Shown in pieces: positions 39,134-42,045 of a stretch of DNA of 42,045 nt. A model generated the notes under the pieces. It worked only from the letters and a program-made list of their open reading frames with translations, did no database searches and was not told where the DNA came from. Location: positions 1 through 42,045 of the forward strand of contig CALMZN010000019.1 of assembly GCA_937870675.1 (NCBI GenBank), in the 5' to 3' direction. Origin of the DNA: an uncultured bacterium (GTDB lineage: Bacteria > Patescibacteriota > Patescibacteriia > UBA1558 > GWA2-36-10). The position numbers were made by a program, and so were the translations under genes. Each line of letters starts with the position of its first letter. The stretch's first letter is position 1.

Positions 39134-41833
39134 ATGAATAGAATTTTAACAATCATGGCGATGTTTGCCTTAGTTTTTGCTGGTATTTCATCAAATCCAG
39201 TAATCAATTCAGCAACCGCCGCCACTAATTTGGTCAGTAATGGCGATTTTGAAACGCCAATAGTGATAAATTCAGCAAAATGGGATATTTATCCAAGCGG
39301 CACAACAGGTTTGGGCTGGACAGTGGACTGGATGCCGGGCCAACTTTCCGAATACGGTGGCGATACTCGGCCACAAATTGCCAATTTGGAATTGCACAGA
39401 AATGTGCTTGGCACCGACAATGATGTTGTCGGCGAACAATACGCTGAATTGGATTCGGATTGGTACGGCCCCAGCGATAGCACCAGCAACGAGCCGGCCA
39501 ATATTAAAGTTTATCAAACAATTTCCACTATTCCCGGAGCGACTTATGAATTGTCCTACGCTTGGCGATTGAGGCCAAGTGTCAATTGTTCAATGAAGGT
39601 CTGGTGGAACGGATCGGAAGTGGGCGCGCATGCCGGTACTGGCGGTAGCACGACTGCTTGGAATACGGTCGGACCAATTGAAGTAGTAGCCGACTCAAAC
39701 AGCACGGAAATCGCTTTTTTTGAAGACGGCAACCCTGATTCATTGGGGATGTTTTTGGACAGCGTTACTTTGACTTTGAAAGAATTACCTATTTGCTATG
39801 AACCGGGCGAATCTGTCTATGCTTCAGAAGTAATTGATTATGACCAGGGTTTAAGAAAAGATGGCACACCAGTAGTGGCTGCCCGTTCAATACCAGAACA
39901 AGGTCTAGTATATGAAGCCGCGGCCCTTGAATCAAGCTTTTTCAGCTTGGGTTTCGGTGGCTGGATTATCGTCGGCTTTGACGACATTATCGTTGACGGC
40001 TCGGGCGTTGATGATCTGAAGATTACCGAAGATACTTGGGGTAGTCCTTATCCTCTTGAAAAAGCCGATGTTTATGTAAGTCAGGAATTACTTTCCTGGG
40101 ATGATCCTAATTGGGTTCCTCTCGGAGTAGCTGATAATACCAATTTAGATCTAATCCATACCACTTCGGTCTTTGATTTAGCTGATGTCAATTTGGACTG
40201 GGCAAAATATGTGAAAATTGTAGACACGACTGATCCAGATTTATTTGCCAATATTCCCACCGGCGACGGCTATGATTTGAACGCGGTTGAGGCAATATCA
40301 GCCGGCTATATCGGCGAATGCGAAGAAGTAAACGCGGAATTGGTTGTTTCCAAGACCGTTGCCACCTCATTTACCAGAACTTATGATTGGAAAATTAATA
40401 AAACGGCCGATGTCTCGGAGATAACTCTTGCGACCGGAGAAATCTTACCTGTCAACTATTCTGTAAGTGTTGATGCTACTAGTTATGATGATAGCGATTT
40501 TGCCGTTATAGGTATTATTAGCATAAGAAACGATGGAACAGTTGATGCCTATATTACGGATATAAGCGATGTTATATCTAACAGCGCTGAAAGTGTTGAG
40601 GTAGACTGCGGTAATGGAGTTAGTTTTCCTTATACTCTGGCAGCGGGAAATCCTTTAGATTGCGTCTATTCAGCCAGCTTGCTAGATGGCACTGATCGCG
40701 TCAATACCGCGACTGTCACAGTTTTAAATAATGACCAGACAACTTCAGAATTTTCAGACACTGCCGATGTGATTTTTTCCGAACCGACAATTGAAGTTGA
40801 TGAATGCATTACCGTAGATGATACTTATGAAGGCGGACCGCAAGATGTTAAGGTTTGCGCTAGCGATGCGCTAAAAACCCTCACTTACAGCAGAGATATT
40901 GTTTATTACGATCCCGGAACATACCCTGTAGAAAATACCGCTTCTTTTGTTTCTAATGATACACAAGCAACTAGTAGCGCTTCTTATAACATAACAGTCA
41001 ATGTCCCTGTAGAGGGTTGCACTTTGACTTATGGCTACTGGAAGACCCATTCAATATATGGCCCAGCCGCGCATCCGGATGATGCGTGGGATTTGGTAGT
41101 GGATAATGGACCAGATAAGACTTTCTTTTTAAGCGGACAAACTTGGTATGATGTATTATGGACTCCGCCAACAGGTGGTAATGTTTACTACCAGTTAGCG
41201 CACCAGTATATTGCGGCTAAGCTCAATATTTTGAACGGCGCGTCTATCACGAGCGAAGTTCATGACGCCATAGTCGATGCGGAAAAATTCTTTAACGATT
41301 ATACCCCTGAAAAAGCGCTTGACTTAACTAAAACCAAAGACAAGGTAAAAAAGGATACATTGCAATCTTACCGAGCGCTTGCAACATTTCTTGACCATTA
41401 TAACAACGGCCAAGTCGGACCCGGCCACTGCGACGAACCGAGATACTCGCGTCTGGTGGAAACCTTGCAGGTTCCGGCAAATTCAGCGACTGGCGTTTCC
41501 AGTATGCCTTTGGAAAACGGAAAGGATTATCAAATCCGAGCCATTGGTACGGCAAACGCGGGAGATAGCATAGAATTTGACGCCAAATACAGTTTTCGCA
41601 CGGATTCAAGTATAGAATGGACCGATTTGGTTTCAAATTATGAAAGCCAAGGGTCAACATTGCTTGATTTGCAGATAAATAACGCTTCTCCGGCTTGGGG
41701 GCCGTATAACGACTTGCACCAATATCAGATAACCCATTCCGGCGCAGGAAGCGCATTGCAGTTTAAGATTTATGATATCTATTATCCGAATAATACCGGC
41801 TATTTAACGGTTGAAATTTACCAATTGGATTAA
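39134..41833 (+). CDS. large secreted/surface protein (899 aa), N-terminal DUF642/CBM-like beta-sandwich
   Basis: Signal peptide MNRILTIMAMFALVFAGISS..ATA, then NLVSNGDFETP...W...GW as in DUF642-type domains. Also CTLTYGYWKTH and repeated beta-rich segments. Terminator at 41852-41886. Confidence 0.8.
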   Translation: MNRILTIMAMFALVFAGISSNPVINSATAATNLVSNGDFETPIVINSAKWDIYPSGTTGLGWTVDWMPGQLSEYGGDTRPQIANLELHRNVLGTDNDVVGEQYAELDSDWYGPSDSTSNEPANIKVYQTISTIPGATYELSYAWRLRPSVNCSMKVWWNGSEVGAHAGTGGSTTAWNTVGPIEVVADSNSTEIAFFEDGNPDSLGMFLDSVTLTLKELPICYEPGESVYASEVIDYDQGLRKDGTPVVAARSIPEQGLVYEAAALESSFFSLGFGGWIIVGFDDIIVDGSGVDDLKITEDTWGSPYPLEKADVYVSQELLSWDDPNWVPLGVADNTNLDLIHTTSVFDLADVNLDWAKYVKIVDTTDPDLFANIPTGDGYDLNAVEAISAGYIGECEEVNAELVVSKTVATSFTRTYDWKINKTADVSEITLATGEILPVNYSVSVDATSYDDSDFAVIGIISIRNDGTVDAYITDISDVISNSAESVEVDCGNGVSFPYTLAAGNPLDCVYSASLLDGTDRVNTATVTVLNNDQTTSEFSDTADVIFSEPTIEVDECITVDDTYEGGPQDVKVCASDALKTLTYSRDIVYYDPGTYPVENTASFVSNDTQATSSASYNITVNVPVEGCTLTYGYWKTHSIYGPAAHPDDAWDLVVDNGPDKTFFLSGQTWYDVLWTPPTGGNVYYQLAHQYIAAKLNILNGASITSEVHDAIVDAEKFFNDYTPEKALDLTKTKDKVKKDTLQSYRALATFLDHYNNGQVGPGHCDEPRYSRLVETLQVPANSATGVSSMPLENGKDYQIRAIGTANAGDSIEFDAKYSFRTDSSIEWTDLVSNYESQGSTLLDLQINNASPAWGPYNDLHQYQITHSGAGSALQFKIYDIYYPNNTGYLTVEIYQLD

Positions 41834-41851
41834 GAATTCCCGATAGAAATC

Positions 41852-41886
41852 AAAACAGCCCCGTTTTTGCGGGGTTGTTTTGATTT
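41852..41886 (+). terminator. rho-independent terminator fused to a TGTTATATT box
   Basis: aaaacagccccg tttttg cggggttgtttt, then tgttatatt at 41886-41894. Confidence 0.7.
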
Positions 41887-42045
41887 GTTATATTTTTTGA
41901 ATAAAAATAATCAAAAGAAAACGGCAATTATCGGCTGGGATTATTTTGGCTTGATATTGGCGTTTGGACAAGAAAATAATTTACTTGACGATAAATTTCA
42001 TCTTTAAGAAGAGATTTTAGCGGCCTTGAAAAAAAATGGCAAAAG

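Noticed and set aside
1-42045. A CRISPR array, an rRNA gene, a transposase or reverse transcriptase gene, a DGR, or a prophage.
   Set aside because: I saw no regularly spaced direct repeats with unique spacers. The only tandem repeats are the FN3 units, the CD hexamers and the clpP heptads. There are no rRNA signature strings. No ORF has transposase, RT, capsid or terminase motifs.
1-42045. An alternative genetic code (UGA as Gly, as in some CPR lineages).
   Set aside because: All conserved genes (pnp, infB, rny, purA, mgtA, clpP) are full length under the standard code. TGA-terminated reading frames are not needed to be read through.

Overview
This is an AT-rich, gene-dense bacterial window read with the standard code. 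I call about 48 protein-coding genes, 2 intact tRNAs and one disrupted tRNA locus. GC content was judged by eye and not computed.

Recognisable housekeeping genes:
- Translation and RNA turnover: rpsO-pnp, rny-ymdB, and infB-rbfA overlapping by ATGAGTAA.
- Other core functions: hup, clpP, nrnA, purA, lspA, tspO, comM/yifB, a DksA/TraR zinc-finger protein, mgtA, and an MsbA-like ABC exporter.
- Regulation and accessory genes: two ECF sigma factors each followed by a membrane protein, an ArsM-like methyltransferase, a Xer-like tyrosine recombinase, and an HTH-Doc toxin-antitoxin pair.
- The rest are many small membrane or secreted hypotheticals.

The gene content and style suggest a small-genome Patescibacteria/CPR-type bacterium. 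That is inference only.

The most unusual region is the tRNA locus at 35651-36058. A bona fide tRNA gene is interrupted in its D-loop and in its anticodon loop by GC-rich inverted-repeat insertions. The anticodon-loop insertion carries a complete paralogous tRNA-Ile(UAU). A third partial copy follows, with insertions at the same anticodon-loop position and in the T-loop.

Similar GC-rich nested palindromic modules sit inside hairpin loops elsewhere, at 15981-16027, 20365-20521, 20591-20627 and 22502-22603.

Other notable items:
- An 894-nt ORF-free region (20335-21228) contains a consensus promoter, structured RNA candidates and DnaA-box-like sequences.
- A GC-rich foreign-looking gene cassette (28479-29144) lies on the opposite strand between rny and clpP.
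- A shared ECF-type promoter motif occurs at two or three sites.
- A run of direct heptads lies upstream of clpP.
- A DHH/DHHA1 paralog has lost its catalytic residues.
- A possible three-peptide mini-operon lies at 24296-24624.

I saw no CRISPR array, rRNA gene or transposase gene.
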